DNA of 64,000 nucleotides from Haliotis cracherodii (Eukaryota): NCBI RefSeq assembly GCF_022045235.1, contig NW_027266297.1, positions 30,194,001 to 30,258,000 of the forward strand, read 5' to 3'. Shown piece by piece: positions 61,773 to 64,000 of this stretch (position 1 is its first letter; each line of letters starts with the position of its first letter). The notes under the pieces were generated by a model. It saw only the letters and a program-made list of their open reading frames with translations, ran no database searches and was not told where the DNA came from. The position numbers and the translations under genes were made by a program.

Positions 61773-62837
61773 TGACTTGCGCAAATCTATGCTCATGATG
61801 GCAATCACTGGTTACATACAGATCACCGTGAGCATCTGCATAGCATAGCATCTCCAAATCTATCCCGAGACCCGGGATAGTGAGAACCTTAAGTAAATAT
61901 ATGAGACTTGCACATACACATACACATACATACATAACATACACATACCTACACACCTACTCACACAAACATTCACACACACACACACAGATGCACATAC
62001 ATGCACANNNNNNNNNNNNNNNNNNNNNNNNNNNNNNNNNNNNNNNNNNNNNNNNNNNNNNNNNNNNNNNNNNNNNNNNNNNNNNNNNNNNNNNNNNNNN
62101 NNNNNNNNNNNNNNNNNNNNNNNNNNNNNNNNNNNNNNNNNNNNNNNNNNNNNNNNNNNNNNNNNNNNNNNNNNNNNNNNNNNNNNNNNNNNNNNNNNNN
62201 NNNNNNNNNNNNNNNNNNNNNNNNNNNNNNNNNNNNNNNNNNNNNNNNNNNNNNNNNNNNNNNNNNNNNNNNNNNNNNNNNNNNNNNNNNNNNNNNNNNN
62301 NNNNNNNNNNNNNNNNNNNNNNNNNNNNNNNNNNNNNNNNNNNNNNNNAGAACTCTCCTTCAGTGCGTTGTGTACATCACGTATCTCCTTCCAGTTACTG
62401 CTGTTTTCCCACATACCGTCGCGTACCCTCGCCTCGCTTATTGGCCTCTGATAACAGGTACTGACACACAATAGCCAGGAGCCCCAAGAGGCTTCAATAG
62501 ACCCCAGCTGCCGGCATCGCCTGCCACACGCAGACAGTTGGTCCTGGGAAAATGTACAAGTAAGAACAAGAACATTGCATTGTTGATCTTGCAGATTTCC
62601 GTTGGCTGATCGTACATCTCTCTGCAGGCTGCACGGTTCTGTTGTACCCTTCATCTCCACAGTTCAGCTTCTGTTACAGATCTCCGGTCTGTTACAGATG
62701 CATATTCGCTGGAAGTTTTTAATACGTCGGCCTAGGAACCTATAGGTCGTAAAATGTTTATGTTCTTTAAGCAGTTATGCTATTGTTGTGCTGATGCAAT
62801 CAGCGATCGTGTGTAAACATAAATGTCAACGCCAGAG

Positions 62838-62999
62838 TGAGTGAGTATGGTTTTACGCCGCTTTTAGCAATATTCCGGCAATATCACGGCGGGGGACACC
62901 AGAAATGGGCTTCACACATTGAACCCAGGTCGGAAATCGAACCCGGGTCTTCGACGTGAGGAGCGAACGCTTTAACAACTAGGCTACCCGACCGCCCCT
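62838..62999 (-). mobile_element. SINE family A
   Basis: 12-bp TSD tcaacgccagag. Confidence 0.92.
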
Positions 63000-64000
63000 T
63001 CAACGCCAGAGAATAAGCAGTCTAGATTATCTCCCGAAACAGATTCCATAGGGTGTAAAAAGGCAAAATGGCGACGAAAATTATAAGTATATGAATGGAT
63101 CACTAAAATTAGTGATGACATCAGGTATTCGCGAAATGGGTCAATTTACGACAGTTTAACTTTAATGTATTATTTCATTATAAGAATACTTCCGAACAAG
63201 TTTTTCTTTCATAATTCTGATTTGGTTAAAACTAACTAGACGATTTAAGTTCTCATTTTCTTTTGTCTACAAGTAAAGATAAAACTATTTCCCCAAGAAC
63301 CTATGCTGCTCGTTGGAGCTTATCAAATGGATCGGTTGGTTCAGGCACCNNNNNNNNNNNNNNNNNNNNNNNNNNNNNNNNNNNNNNNNNNNNNNNNNNN
63401 NNNNNNNNNNNNNNNNNNNNNNNNNNNNNNNNNNNNNNNNNNNNNNNNNNNNNNNNNNNNNNNNNNNNNNNNNNNNNNNNNNATCAAGGCAGCATTTCAT
63501 TCTTTAAGAGAACACACCATCTATAATTTTTGCCATTTGGCTAGCACATTGTTTTGAAGGGTTCATAATTTATTTTAGAATGGCTATTTTGTCCTTTGAT
63601 TCCGGGTCATGGGTTTCTGATATTGAGAACTGTGCATGAGAAATCCGATCCACAGACTTCAGCACGAGTTGCCTCCCTTCGTTTCCTGGACCAGTGCCTC
63701 GCCGGCGGAACGGCGAGTCGGTCGTCTGCTCTCTATCTCAAAGTCATGACTTTTACAGCAGGCAGGATCGGTGAAACTTTTCTGTGAATTGTGCTAACTT
63801 CGTTACAATACAAGGTGAGAAAATGCGTTAACTCTCATAAAGTGTTTCAGGACAAACTTTCATTCATATCGAAGAAGGATTTCCAGTATTCTAAGCCAGC
63901 TGGTGAGGCAGTACATTTCAATTTCCTGACTCACAGAATATATACACGGGGGGAAGTGCTTCCTCAATGATATTCTCGTCGGAGGCGGAGAACACGTGTA

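Noticed and set aside
62349-62660. Possible minus-strand exon with acceptor near 62545
   Set aside because: No recognisable homology and truncated by a gap; cannot be supported.
63590-64000. Coding-looking sequence at the right edge
   Set aside because: No long open frame and no identifiable motif; needs the adjacent window.

Overview
Animal (eukaryotic) genomic DNA with 8 assembly gaps. The SINE repertoire resembles what I recall from gastropod molluscs (abalone-like); that assignment is an inference. Left half: the first 14 coding exons (597 codons) of SMC2 on the minus strand, head-to-head across a very short bidirectional promoter with a complete DPH2 gene (6 coding exons, possibly a 7th micro-exon) on the plus strand. 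SMC2 intron 3 holds a decayed DIRS1-type tyrosine-recombinase retrotransposon, and intron 2 holds an inverted pair of Penelope-like/hammerhead-like remnants. Middle: an uncharacterised single-pass transmembrane protein gene with a disordered tail carrying Tyr and PxxP motifs, interrupted by a 1-bp frameshift. Right half, and the most interesting part: two divergent paralogues (about 45 kb and 57 kb, minus strand, uninterrupted CDS) of an uncharacterised permuted papain-like (His...Cys, NlpC/P60-type) enzyme family. One has been amplified into a 4 x 1924-bp tandem array whose junction removes the putative catalytic His codon exactly. The rest is dense in four SINE-like families (three tRNA-headed, one with a structured non-tRNA 5' end), MITEs, Tc1 and LINE remnants, and simple repeats.
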